Shown here piece by piece: positions 23,699 through 33,370 of a DNA stretch of 64,000 nt. The notes below the pieces were generated by a model. It did not search any database and was not told the DNA's origin. It saw nothing but the letters and a program-made list of their open reading frames with translations. The position numbers were made by a program, and so were the translations under genes. The DNA comes from Candidatus Dormiibacterota bacterium (lineage in GTDB: Bacteria > Chloroflexota > Dormibacteria > Aeolococcales > Aeolococcaceae): positions 32,001 to 96,000 of the forward strand of contig CAVPXI010000004.1 in NCBI GenBank assembly GCA_963709585.1, given 5' to 3'. Each line of letters starts with the position of its first letter. The first letter of the stretch is position 1.

Positions 23699-23911
23699 TC
23701 AGCGGACTCGGACGGCCCACCCCACGGGTGCGACATCCACGGGCGGCGGCTCAGGGGCAGCGACGGTATCACTGGGTGGCGGTGCCGCCGCAACCTCGTC
23801 GGCTCGACGACCGTCCGGAAGGATGAGCGGCGTGCCGCAGCGCTTGCAGGCCATCGCCGTCCCCAATTCCGACCATTTCCAGCACGTCGGGCAACAGAGT
23901 TGTATGAGCAC
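23699..23911 (-). CDS. Small stand-alone zinc-ribbon protein, paralogous to the N-terminus of the neighbouring gene
   Basis: CCPTCWKWSEL..CKRCGTPLILPDGRR is nearly identical to the neighbour's domain, with synonymous DNA divergence. Confidence 0.65.
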   Translation of the reverse strand: MLIQLCCPTCWKWSELGTAMACKRCGTPLILPDGRRADEVAAAPPPSDTVAAPEPPPVDVAPVGWAVRVR

Positions 23912-24052
23912 CGCTCATTCTCAGCAGTCACCGGCGGCTGGCCGGGCATCGTGCGAGGACGGTGCCGGGACCGTGACCGGTTCAGCGCAGACCGAGATAT
24001 AGCATAACCGGCGGTCGTAACTGCGCCGCCGATCGCTGCGTTTCTCGCATTG

Positions 24053-25258
24053 ATGGCACGAACGGTTCGGATGACGCGTCTTCTCGCCGGCGGCGCCGGA
24101 AGCGTCCTGCTGCTCGCGGCTTGCTCGTCTGCGCCCGGAACGCCTTCACGGAGCCCGAGCCCATCGCCGTCTGCAGCGGTCACGACGACGCCGAGCCTGC
24201 TCCCATCACCATCTCCGAGCGCGTTGCCATCGCCAACTCCGTTGCCGGCGCAGGCGTCAGTCCCCGCCGGCTTCGAGCCGAACTCGGTTACCTTCGTCTC
24301 GCTCGAGATGGGATGGGTTCTCGGGAGTGCCCCCTGCGGGAGCGGCACCTGTCTCGCACTCGTTCGAACCCTGAACGCGGGGCGGACCTGGTCTGCAGTG
24401 CAGGCACCGCCAACCCTGTTCTCACCGACGAGCGCGTCGGACCAGGGTGTGAGCCAGGTGCGTTTCGCCGACGCGCACGACGGATGGGTGTTTGGACCCC
24501 AGCTCTGGTCGACGCATGACGGCGGCACCCACTGGCGCGAGAGCAGCCTCACCGGCGTCTGGACCCTGGAGACGTCAGCCGGCCACGTGCATGCGGTCGC
24601 ATTCGGGCAGTCGACGGACGGCTTTGCGATCGAATCGAGCGTGACCACCAGCGACGTGTGGGTCAGGACCGGCTCACTTCAGACCGGCGCGGGGCCCGTG
24701 CCTGCATCCGACCTCGTACTCCAGGGGACCACCGGGTGGGCCATCGAGAACGACAGAACGGTTGTCGGCGGCGCTCGTCTCGTTGCGGGCCACTGGGTCA
24801 CATGGCGCGCACCCTGCGCTACCAATGGCGGTGCCGCGGAGATCGGCGCAGCGAGTATCTCGTCGCTCGTCGCGGTCTGCCAGCAGGGGATCTGGGGGCC
24901 GTCCGGTTACGCCGGACCGCCCGCGGTGCGTGCGTACTTCTCCGGCAACGGTGGCGCCACCTTCTATGGCGGTGGCACTGTTCCGGGCCAGGCGAATGCA
25001 TCCGGCCACGTGGTGGCCAGCCCCGCCCCGGGAGTGGCCGTGACCGACATTCTCACGAACACGCATCGCGCTCTCGTCGAGACGTTCAACAACGGAGCCT
25101 CCTGGCGAGTCGTGGCGAGTGTTTCACCAATGGCCATGTTCACGTACCTCGGCTTCACGAGCTCATTGCAGGGCGTGACGATCGAATCGAACGGCACGGC
25201 GTCGGCCCTGCTCATGACGTTTGACGGCGGACGAGTCTGGTCGCTGGTGAGGTTCTAG
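24053..25258 (+). CDS. Lipoprotein with BNR/Asp-box (Ycf48/sialidase-like) repeats
   Basis: Lipobox LAAC, Ser/Pro linker, then RTLNAGRTW, STHDGGTHW, SGNGGATF, TFNNGASW and TFDGGRVW repeats. Confidence 0.8.
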   Translation: MARTVRMTRLLAGGAGSVLLLAACSSAPGTPSRSPSPSPSAAVTTTPSLLPSPSPSALPSPTPLPAQASVPAGFEPNSVTFVSLEMGWVLGSAPCGSGTCLALVRTLNAGRTWSAVQAPPTLFSPTSASDQGVSQVRFADAHDGWVFGPQLWSTHDGGTHWRESSLTGVWTLETSAGHVHAVAFGQSTDGFAIESSVTTSDVWVRTGSLQTGAGPVPASDLVLQGTTGWAIENDRTVVGGARLVAGHWVTWRAPCATNGGAAEIGAASISSLVAVCQQGIWGPSGYAGPPAVRAYFSGNGGATFYGGGTVPGQANASGHVVASPAPGVAVTDILTNTHRALVETFNNGASWRVVASVSPMAMFTYLGFTSSLQGVTIESNGTASALLMTFDGGRVWSLVRF

Positions 25259-25345
25259 CGCTCCGACCTCAGACGAATCGCGCAAATCGTCAACCCTCGA
25301 TCGTCATAAGCTGCGCGGGGATGGATCACAAACCACGGAGAACTC

Positions 25346-26158
25346 ATGGTCCAAACAGCGCGCTCCGCAGACGGAACGACGATCGCGTACGAACGCACGG
25401 GTGACGGCCCCGTCCTGATCCTCGCCGGCGGTGCGCTGAACAACCGGCACTCCGCCGACGCGTTGGTCCCTCTCCTCGCGGAGAAGTTCTCCGTCGTCGC
25501 CTTCGACCGTCGTGGTCGCGGAGACAGCACCGACACGCCGCCGTACGCCCCGGCGCGCGAGGTGGAGGACCTCATGGCGCTTATCGATGCGGTCGGTGGT
25601 TCGGCGATGGTCTTCGGACACTCCTCCGGGGCTGTGCTCTCGCTGGAGGCCGCGGCAGACGGCGCAGCAATCACCCGGCTCGCCGTCAACGAGCCGCCCT
25701 ACCTCACGGGCAACGCGGAGACGGGAAGCGCCACGCTGCGGGGGATCGAGGCTGCCCTCGACGCAGGCGATCGGGGCACGGCCGTGGAGATCTTCATCCG
25801 CGGTACCGGCGTCCCGTTCGACCCGGCGATGAAGACGCAACCCTGGTTCGTCGGCCTGGAAGCGGTGGCCCACACCCTTCCTTACGATCTCGCCATGGTT
25901 GGGGACAGCAGCGTCCCCGTCGACCGCCTGGCGAAGATCACCGCCCCCACGCTCGGCCTTTACGGCAGCGCCAGCCCCGCGTGGGCTGCAGCATCAATCG
26001 GCGCAGTCATCGGCGCCATCCCCGGTGCGACCCAGAAGGTGCTCGAAGGCCAAACGCACGCGGCCGACCCTGCGGTGCTGGCGGCGGTCCTGATCGACTA
26101 CTTCGGCCTTCCAGCACGGGACACTTCCGGCCCCCGCATCCGAACCGTAGCCCCATAA
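25346..26158 (+). CDS. Alpha/beta hydrolase
   Basis: SADGTTIAY, DRRGRGDS and GHSSG motifs. Confidence 0.9.
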   Translation: MVQTARSADGTTIAYERTGDGPVLILAGGALNNRHSADALVPLLAEKFSVVAFDRRGRGDSTDTPPYAPAREVEDLMALIDAVGGSAMVFGHSSGAVLSLEAAADGAAITRLAVNEPPYLTGNAETGSATLRGIEAALDAGDRGTAVEIFIRGTGVPFDPAMKTQPWFVGLEAVAHTLPYDLAMVGDSSVPVDRLAKITAPTLGLYGSASPAWAAASIGAVIGAIPGATQKVLEGQTHAADPAVLAAVLIDYFGLPARDTSGPRIRTVAP

Positions 26159-26460
26159 GTCAGTCCGTCATCGACAACACCGCCGAAGGACAACTCGCCG
26201 TGTCCATGGACGGGACCACGGCAACGCTGGAGTACAAGCTACACGGCGATCGCTTGCACCTCTTGCACACCGAAGTCCCCGAAGCGTTTCGCGGCCAAGG
26301 CGTCGGCGGCCGACTGATCGAAGCGGCCCTTGCCAAAGCCCGGGCAGACCACCTTACGATCGTGCCCTGGTGCCCCTACGCACGCAGATGGCTGGAGGAG
26401 CACCCCGACCAGATCAGCGACGTCACCTTGGACTTCAAAGCTAGACCGTCCAAGAAGTAG
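26155..26460 (+). CDS. GNAT acetyltransferase (YjdJ/Acetyltransf_CG-like); start uncertain
   Basis: LHTEVPEAFRGQGVG and IVPWCPY motifs. The expected start reads ATA (26155); the next ATG is 26206. Confidence 0.8.
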   Translation: MSQSVIDNTAEGQLAVSMDGTTATLEYKLHGDRLHLLHTEVPEAFRGQGVGGRLIEAALAKARADHLTIVPWCPYARRWLEEHPDQISDVTLDFKARPSKK

Positions 26461-26501
26461 GGAGAGGGATTCGCCTCCTCACCTGACATCGGACGCCGTC
26501 G

Positions 26502-27173
26502 TCACCCCGCAAGCAGCATGGAGCCGAGTGCTCCTGCAAGCCAATGTTCGTACCGAGCGTGACTCCAGCCGCGATCGCGCGTGAGCACCCAGTGCAACTC
26601 GGGTGACATGAGCCCGTAGACGATGTCCAGCGCCATGGCATCGGTGAGCGATGGGGTCAGCGCATCAAGTCGCCGCAGCGCGGCGATGACTCGCGATTGG
26701 CCGTCGGCCCGCTGCCGCCGGTTGATAGCGAGAAGCTCCGCTGCAGTCGGTTCAACCGACGCAGCGGTGCGGAGCATGTGCTGCAGCGAAGCGGAGCGCT
26801 CGAGCACAGTCCTCGCCAGGTGCGCATATCCAGCGAGGAGCTTGCGAGGGTCGCTCTCCGCCGCTGCGCGCATCGCGTCGGGACGTTCATGGAGGGCCGA
26901 TGGCAGGTCGTCGCCGACGTAGGCCGTCTCGAGCACCGCACGGAGGATGTCGGCCTTGGTCGCAAAGAGGCGGTAGAGGGAGGCCATCGGCGTGTCCGAT
27001 GCCGTGCCGATCGCCTCCATCGTGGTTGCCGGATAGCCGCGCTCGAGGAAGAGGGACCCCGCAGCATCGACGACCCGCCGGCGAACGGTCCGGACACGAT
27101 CGGCACGGCGTGAGTTGTCGTAGCTGCGCGGCCCGGACGACCGAGGACCGCTGGGCCGCTTGACAAGAGCCAT
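26502..27173 (-). CDS. TetR-family transcriptional regulator
   Basis: AAGSLFLERGYPATTMEAIG..SLYRLFATKA helix-turn-helix. Confidence 0.9.
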   Translation of the reverse strand: MALVKRPSGPRSSGPRSYDNSRRADRVRTVRRRVVDAAGSLFLERGYPATTMEAIGTASDTPMASLYRLFATKADILRAVLETAYVGDDLPSALHERPDAMRAAAESDPRKLLAGYAHLARTVLERSASLQHMLRTAASVEPTAAELLAINRRQRADGQSRVIAALRRLDALTPSLTDAMALDIVYGLMSPELHWVLTRDRGWSHARYEHWLAGALGSMLLAG

Positions 27174-27182
27174 GCAATTTGC

Positions 27183-27219
27183 GAGAGTACCACTCTCAGG
27201 TGAGAGTTACACTCTCACC
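27183..27219. promoter_or_regulatory. Tandem TetR operator palindromes
   Basis: GAGAGT-N3-ACTCTC at 27183-27197 and 27202-27216 (the second extends to GGTGAGAGTTACACTCTCACC), between divergent genes. Confidence 0.8.
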
Positions 27220-27232
27220 AAAGAGGTGATCG

Positions 27233-27667
27233 ATGGAGGACGACCACATGGCAGCGACGACACTGAGCAACAAACAGGTGGTCGACGAGTTCGACCGCAT
27301 CCTGAACACCCGTGACGTGAAGCGTCTCGACGAGCTCTGCACCCCCGACATGGTCAACCACGCGCTTGCCCCCGGTCGGCCCCCCGGGCTGGCGGGCACG
27401 AAGGAGTTCTTGGCGTCGGAGGCCGGGCGGAGCTTCCAGGGCGATACCTGGGAGAGCCTCGAAACAATCGCCGAGGGTGACTTCGTTGTGCAGCACGGTG
27501 TTCGCGGCGGCCACTGGCCCGGCGGCCCGTTTCTCGGGTTCCCGACTCAGCCGGGCGACTATCGGCGCGAGGTCGTCTTCATGTACCGGCTTCGCGATGG
27601 TCGCATCTGCGATCGGTGGGCAGTGCGCGACGACCTCACCATGCTGCGGCAGCTGCGAGCAATCTGA
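27233..27667 (+). CDS. SnoaL-like ester cyclase (NTF2 fold)
   Basis: NKQVV..F, IAEGDFVV, FLGFP and YRLRDGRI..RWAVRDDL motifs. Confidence 0.85.
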   Translation: MEDDHMAATTLSNKQVVDEFDRILNTRDVKRLDELCTPDMVNHALAPGRPPGLAGTKEFLASEAGRSFQGDTWESLETIAEGDFVVQHGVRGGHWPGGPFLGFPTQPGDYRREVVFMYRLRDGRICDRWAVRDDLTMLRQLRAI

Positions 27668-27706
27668 TGTCGAGTCGCTCCGGGCGTTCCACGATAGCTG
27701 TGCGTA

Positions 27707-28539
27707 TCAGCCCCGCTGTTCCGCGATTGAGTTGCCGCCATCGACCACGAGACACTGGCCTGTGATGTACGAAGCCCCGGGCGTGCACAGGAACCCGACC
27801 ACCGCGGCGACCTCGTCGGGCCGTGCGCAGCGGCCGACGGGAGTGTGCTCGCCTTGCCGGACCTCATCGGGCGCCTGGCTCGCTGTTGCGACCCATCCCG
27901 GCGCGACCGCGTTGACCGTCACTCCTGCCGCGGCACTGTCGACAGCGACAGCACGTGCCAGCCCCACCATGCCGGCTTTGGCCGCGGCGTAGGCGGTCTC
28001 TGCTCGCATCGCCATGACCGGCCCCTGAGCGACGCGAGCATCACCACCCGGCCCCAGCCGCCGGCGATCATCGGCGGAAGGACGGCGCGCGTCGTCAGGT
28101 AGGCGGTGTCCAGATTGCGGTTGAGTGCCCGATGCCACTGCTCCATCGGCAGGTCGGCCAGCGCGCCTGACTCAGAGCCGCTGCCGGGCTCGAGGGACAG
28201 TGCGGGAAGCGACACACTCGTCATGCCGGCGTTGTTCACCAGCACGGTGGGAGTGCCCAGTGCCGCCACGACTTCGGCGACTGCGCGACCAACTTGTTCC
28301 TCGTCGGTGAGGTTGGCGATCACGCCGACAGCTGCAGCGCCACTCGCAGCCAGCTCGGCGGCTCGCTCGTGTACCCGAGCGGTAGTTGCCGTCAACGCCA
28401 CGGCCGCACCCAGTTCGGAGAGCAGCCGGGCCGTTGCGAAACCGATGCCCTCAGCGGAGCCGGCGCCGGTCACCAACGCCACCTTTCCAGCCAACGAGAA
28501 GGCTGCGGGCACGATGCTCGACGATGTGTTGTCGCCCAC
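27707..28539 (-). CDS. SDR-family oxidoreductase (frameshift near 28030)
   Basis: GKVALVTGAG and VNNAG in ORF 27919..28539; AYAAAK, VNAVAPG and YITGQ..VDGG in ORF 27707..28138. Confidence 0.85.
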
Positions 28540-28540
28540 G

Positions 28541-29911
28541 TCAGTTGCTCGCGCTGCCGATCAAATCGTCAACCGCATCGGCGAATAGCCCCGTGTGCAG
28601 TTGCACGTCGGCCGCGCTGGTGACGGGACACATCAACGCCATATTGTGAAATGGAGTGATCAGGACGCCTCGATTGATCATGTAAAGATGAAAATACTCG
28701 TCGAGCTCCTCGTCGCCAGCAGCTGCCGACGAGCTGCCGTCGCGCGGGGCGGGTGACGCGAAGCGATACTCTGAGCGAGCACCCAGCTGACTGATCGACC
28801 ACGGCACTCCCCTGCGGTCGATGGTCTCCTGCACACCACGAGTGAATGTGGTGGCGGCGTCGATCATGTGAGCGAACGCCTCGGCTGTCAGCACCTGCTC
28901 GAGCGTGGCCCGCATTGCTGCGACGGAGAGGGCGTTGCCGGCCAGCGTGCCGCCAACTCCACCGACATCGATGAGATCGGCCTCGGGGTGCGCCTCGATC
29001 ATGTGAGCGACAGCCTCGCTGATGCCATAGGCGCCGGACGGGATGCCGCCCCCGATGCTCTTGCCGATCACGAGGATGTCCGGCCGAAGACCCCAGAGCC
29101 GTGTCGCGCCTCCAGGGCCGGCCGAGAACGTGTGTGTCTCGTCGATCACGAGCAGCGCGCCATGCACGCTCGCGAGCTCACGCAAGCCGTCCATGAATCC
29201 CGTCGTGGGTAGAACGATCCCGATGTTGGTCAGAGCCGGCTCTGTGAGAATCGCCGCCACGTCGCCATGGGCGAGCTGCGCGGCCACGGTATCCAGGTCG
29301 TTGAACTCGGCGACGCGCGTCGTCATCTGCAGCGGAACGGGTGCACCAGCGTTGCCGGCTCTCGCCACAGCCTCCGCGTCAGGGCCGGGTACCGCGAAGG
29401 CCTCGTCCACCGAGCCGTGGTAGCAGTAGGCGAATGTCAGGACCTTCGGCCGTCCGGTGGCGAGCCGGGCGAGCCGGAGCGCCCATCGGTTGGCGTCGGT
29501 CGCCGTCAGCGTGAACGACCACAGCGGTAACCCAAAGCGCCGGGTCAGCTCCGCGCCGACCCATTCGCCGTCGGCGGTCGGCAGCATGGCGGTGGCACCA
29601 CCCAGCCGGCTCAGGCGCTCGCTAACAGCGTCAACCACCGGCTTGGGGCTGTGTCCGGCCATCGCCCCCGTGTCTCCCAGCGCGAAATCGACGTATTCGT
29701 GTCTGTCGACGTCGACGATGCGATTGCCGAACGCGTGCTCGAGATACAGCGGAAAGCCGCCACTCCATTTGGCCATCCACGTCATCGGCACGTGTCCAAA
29801 CAGGTGATCGGCGGCCCGGAACAGCGCCGCCGATTTTGGGTGCAGTGCGTCGTAGGAGGCACGCTCGCGTGCGATCAGAGATCCAAGCCGAGCGCGTTCG
29901 ATCACGGACAC
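28541..29911 (-). CDS. Class III PLP aminotransferase (glutamate-1-semialdehyde aminomutase-like)
   Basis: YHGSVD, ILTEP, LVIDETH, GKSIGGG and GGTLAGN motifs. Confidence 0.88.
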   Translation of the reverse strand: MSVIERARLGSLIARERASYDALHPKSAALFRAADHLFGHVPMTWMAKWSGGFPLYLEHAFGNRIVDVDRHEYVDFALGDTGAMAGHSPKPVVDAVSERLSRLGGATAMLPTADGEWVGAELTRRFGLPLWSFTLTATDANRWALRLARLATGRPKVLTFAYCYHGSVDEAFAVPGPDAEAVARAGNAGAPVPLQMTTRVAEFNDLDTVAAQLAHGDVAAILTEPALTNIGIVLPTTGFMDGLRELASVHGALLVIDETHTFSAGPGGATRLWGLRPDILVIGKSIGGGIPSGAYGISEAVAHMIEAHPEADLIDVGGVGGTLAGNALSVAAMRATLEQVLTAEAFAHMIDAATTFTRGVQETIDRRGVPWSISQLGARSEYRFASPAPRDGSSSAAAGDEELDEYFHLYMINRGVLITPFHNMALMCPVTSAADVQLHTGLFADAVDDLIGSASN

Positions 29912-30006
29912 CCGGCGACTTTGGCATCCATGGGCCATCGCGTCAAACTGCGACCGCTCGTCTTTGACTGCACAAACCCCGGAGGTCGGAGCGAATGTTC
30001 CTCGCG

Positions 30007-30615
30007 TCAGCTCGCGCGCTTGGTGCGAGCGGATGGGGCACGCGCGGCTTGCCTTCGGAGCGTCACCGCCGGTACGGGGCGCGCTCCCATCGCCTCGGCG
30101 TTCGCCCGGAGCTTCGCAAGCGTCTGGATGAGGTGCTCACGATCGGCTTCGCTGATCCCCGCCATCGCGTCCGTCGAAGTTGCGTGCACTTGCGCGAGCA
30201 TGAGGTCGACGAGCTTCCGAGCCTCGTCCGTGATATTGACGAGAAGCTTTCTCCGGTCGTCCGGATGCGGTTCGCGGCGCACGAGTCCGCGGCGTTCCAA
30301 CGTGTCGAGGAGTGACGTGATGCTCCCGCTCGTCAGCAGCAGACGCTCACCGATCACCTTTGGCGGCAGCGGCTCGCCGGCGCCTTCGATGACTGCGAGT
30401 GCCTGCCAGGCACTCAAGGAGAGATTGCCGATCGCCGACTTGTGGCGTCGATCCAACTCGGCGAGACAGACGGAGGACGTGCGAGCGAGGTTCAACAAAA
30501 CCTCGCTCGCAGACCTGCTTGCGCCCGGGAACTCGACCTCGAAGTGCGCCGCCTGGCGCAGCGGTTCCGGGCTGGGCTGCGCGTTCTTAGGCCGGCTGCG
30601 CGGCGAGGATTTCAC
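30007..30615 (-). CDS. MarR-family transcriptional regulator
   Basis: ITSLLDTLERRGLVRREPHPDDRR motif. Confidence 0.9.
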   Translation of the reverse strand: MKSSPRSRPKNAQPSPEPLRQAAHFEVEFPGASRSASEVLLNLARTSSVCLAELDRRHKSAIGNLSLSAWQALAVIEGAGEPLPPKVIGERLLLTSGSITSLLDTLERRGLVRREPHPDDRRKLLVNITDEARKLVDLMLAQVHATSTDAMAGISEADREHLIQTLAKLRANAEAMGARPVPAVTLRRQAARAPSARTKRAS

Positions 30616-30874
30616 CGATCACCACTGTGGGCTCGCTGATCACTCCGATATTGTCCATGGTGGTCTTCAGCGAGGGATCAGAGAGGAAGCCCAGAACAGC
30701 CTCGCGTGACGGGGCATCCAGGACGACCAGGATGTTGTTCGGGTCATCGGCGCCGCGGTACACCTCGGCGTTCGTAAGGTCGTGCTTCTCCCTGACGGCC
30801 GCGTGGGCGTCGAAGCCGGGACGCCAGACGTCGTAGTCGCGAACCTTGTGCGCCACGGAGACTTTGGTTGCCAT
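30587..30874 (-). CDS. Small ferredoxin-like fold (ABM/cyclase-like) protein
   Basis: HKVRDYDVWRPGFD..VYRGADDPN motif. GGAGG RBS. Confidence 0.75.
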   Translation of the reverse strand: MATKVSVAHKVRDYDVWRPGFDAHAAVREKHDLTNAEVYRGADDPNNILVVLDAPSREAVLGFLSDPSLKTTMDNIGVISEPTVVIGEILAAQPA

Positions 30875-30890
30875 GGTGGTCCTCCAGGGT

Positions 30891-30950
30891 CATGCTCGAG
30901 TGAGCATGTAACTTGAAACCAAGCTACTTGATATCAAGTGGCTTTGTCAA
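30891..30950 (-). promoter_or_regulatory. Promoter with probable MarR operator palindromes
   Basis: Minus-strand TTGACA (30945-30950) and TAGCTT (30921-30926). Palindromes ACTTGATATCAAGT (30926-30939), CTTGAAACCAAG (30912-30923) and CATGCTC-N4-GAGCATG. Confidence 0.65.
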
Positions 30951-30967
30951 GCCCTGGGCCTCTGGGC

Positions 30968-31032
<65 letters not shown>

Positions 31033-31140
31033 TTCGTCCCCCGCAACTCCGGTGGTGGTCGTGGACGTCTGCAGCGTATTCAGAATTCGGCGTTCACATG
31101 GAGATTCCGTCGCTGGAGTTCGGTTCTGACCGCGCCATAC

Positions 31141-31160
31141 GGTGTCAGTTAGGGTGTCAG
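31141..31160 (+). repeat. Putative integrase arm-binding direct repeats
   Basis: GGTGTCAG twice at 12-bp spacing. The same motif pair occurs at 33538-33557 and 38742-38760. Confidence 0.65.
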
Positions 31161-31280
31161 GCGGCTCAAGGCTGACGAGGCTCGTGTGGCTGAGAGTTCG
31201 CTGACTCCCCTACCGAGTCGGTCACCGATTGTGAACAGCGAACTGGGAGGGCGCGGCCCGCTCCCCTTCTTGGAGATCTG

Positions 31281-32645
31281 CTAAGGCTGCGGGAGTTCCA
31301 CGTTTACTCCGTAGACAAGGATCTCCCATGTCATGGCTGGGTCAGCCTTGATGACCAGCGTTAGTGGAACCCCGGGCTGGATCGACCCGCCGCTACCGCT
31401 GATCTCTCCCGTGCAGGATTCTGTGCCGTCGGTCGACCCATCAGATCCGATGATCTCGAGCGATCCAGGTCCGGAGCACCTGAGCACGATATTTGCGTAC
31501 TCGGTTTTCGGCGTGAAGGTCGGAAGCGTGATGGAACCGCTGCCGTTGGTGGCAGGGACGAGGGGCGTAGCCCCTGCTGGCACCTTGAAATCCATTGGGT
31601 ACCCGGGGGCCGGCGTTGGCGGCACGATCTCGTAGGGTTTCGGCGCAGCCCCACTGAACTGCACGACGCGCGCCTCCCATGTCGTCGACTGTGTCGTCGC
31701 TATCCGCAGGGACACTGGTTGCCCGGTGACCTGATTCCGCGGCACCAGGAGGCCGTTGATGCCGGGTGAGGCGTTGCAGCTCTCTGACGTGTAGTCCACC
31801 GAACCATCGGACGAGAGGATGGTGATCGACCCGATTCCCATGCAGGCATACTGAATCCAGTACGGCTTGGTCGGAGTGAAGGTCGGCAGGGACGCTGACC
31901 CGTCGGCGTACGTGTCGCCGACCAAGAGCGGAAAGGCGCCCACCGGGAACGCGATACTCAGACTCGGAAAGTTCGCCGGCACCTGGCTTTCTGCGACGAG
32001 CAGCTCCCATTTCACCGCCGAGCCGGTCACGACGTCCAGGGTCAACGGTGCGCCAGTTGCCGCTGCATCCAGTGCGACCGTGGTCGCAGCCGCGGACCTT
32101 GAGCAGGGTTGAAGATCCGCCTTGACCGCACGGTTGGTCGATTGGATCTCAAGCTGCCCGCTCCCAATGCAGTCGTATTGGACGTACAACACCTTTGCTT
32201 GGGCCAGGAAGGTGGGGAGCACCGCTCTGCCCGTGCCCCGCGTGGTGGGCACCACGATCTGAGCTGATGCGGGAAACCCGGAGCTGCCGGTGTCGGGCAT
32301 TGCGGCAAGCTTGGTAGCCGGCGCAGGTGCCGTCGAGTGGACGTGACCGCTGAGCTCGAGCCCAAACGTTGCAACCGCCGCCGCGACCACTGCAATGCCG
32401 ACTGCCCCCGCCAATCGACTAAGAGCCTTATGACGCGGACGGTCGGCCACAGGAGCGAACGTGATCAGCCGCGCTGGTGGGTTCTTGGCCTCGATGCGCT
32501 CGTCCATGGACGCAGCTCTCCGAACGACAGGTCGCGTGGACACTCCGGCTCCCGCTCGGGCGCGCGTGATCAAGCCGGGTGGGAGCGGGCTCTTCAAGGC
32601 TGTCAGCCGGTCACTCAACGATTCCGTCAACTGCGGTGCGTCCAT
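31281..32645 (-). CDS. Probable anti-sigma factor: single-pass membrane protein with three extracytoplasmic repeats
   Basis: Overlaps the 3' end of the ECF sigma gene. TM AVGIAVVAAAVATFGL, then three repeats of G..xLPTF...C.G.G.(L/I).I...C. Confidence 0.7.
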   Translation of the reverse strand: MDAPQLTESLSDRLTALKSPLPPGLITRARAGAGVSTRPVVRRAASMDERIEAKNPPARLITFAPVADRPRHKALSRLAGAVGIAVVAAAVATFGLELSGHVHSTAPAPATKLAAMPDTGSSGFPASAQIVVPTTRGTGRAVLPTFLAQAKVLYVQYDCIGSGQLEIQSTNRAVKADLQPCSRSAAATTVALDAAATGAPLTLDVVTGSAVKWELLVAESQVPANFPSLSIAFPVGAFPLLVGDTYADGSASLPTFTPTKPYWIQYACMGIGSITILSSDGSVDYTSESCNASPGINGLLVPRNQVTGQPVSLRIATTQSTTWEARVVQFSGAAPKPYEIVPPTPAPGYPMDFKVPAGATPLVPATNGSGSITLPTFTPKTEYANIVLRCSGPGSLEIIGSDGSTDGTESCTGEISGSGGSIQPGVPLTLVIKADPAMTWEILVYGVNVELPQP

Positions 32646-33211
32646 AGACTGTCCTCCAGCAGCATCCGCCGCAACGCGATTAGTGCCCGGTGCGTGGCGA
32701 CCGCGGCGGCACCTGATGAGATACCCAGCGCGGCAGAAATACCCGCGTAGTCGAGATCAGCGCCGAACCGCAACGCAAGTACTGAGCGCTGGTGCGGCGT
32801 GAGCGCGCGTATCGCTTCAAGGAGCCGCTCGTTGCTGATTCCAAGCGGTATCTCGTCGTTGCCGGTCAAGCCACTGCGAAGTTGGACGAGTCGTTCCCAC
32901 AGTCGTTGCCGCCGCCCCGCGGCTCTCCCGGCATCTCGCGCGACGTTCACGACTATGCGCCAGAGCCATGCCTCGACCTGACCTTTCCGACTGTCGAAGC
33001 GTGGTAACCCTCGGAGGGCACGCTCAAGCGCCGATTGCGCGAGATCCTCGGCCTCGAGGTCACTGCCCGCCACCATGCTTGCGAATTGATAAACGCGGGG
33101 GGCGTACCGCTCGCAGAGTTCGCCGGCGGAAAGCGATATCGCCTCTTCGCTTGCCGATATGCGGTCGGCAGCCACTGACGCAACGTTCGTGGAGGTGGTC
33201 ACGAGATGCAT
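32627..33211 (-). CDS. ECF RNA polymerase sigma factor (sigma-70 group 4)
   Basis: Region 2 AEDLAQ..AWLWRIVVN and region 4 LTPHQRSVLALRF..DYAGISAALG. Confidence 0.9.
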   Translation of the reverse strand: MHLVTTSTNVASVAADRISASEEAISLSAGELCERYAPRVYQFASMVAGSDLEAEDLAQSALERALRGLPRFDSRKGQVEAWLWRIVVNVARDAGRAAGRRQRLWERLVQLRSGLTGNDEIPLGISNERLLEAIRALTPHQRSVLALRFGADLDYAGISAALGISSGAAAVATHRALIALRRMLLEDSLWTHRS

Positions 33212-33370
33212 ACGCTCGAAGTGCCGGCAAACATTACATGGCCCTCTCCAGACAGGAGGACATCCTCAGGTTACTTCGTGTGGCGTCCTCACCTCGCCAC
33301 CAACGTGCCCGGCTCCTTGAGAGGTACGCGCCTGAGAGTGGCTGCTCAAGCACATTCGCGGATGCTGCCA

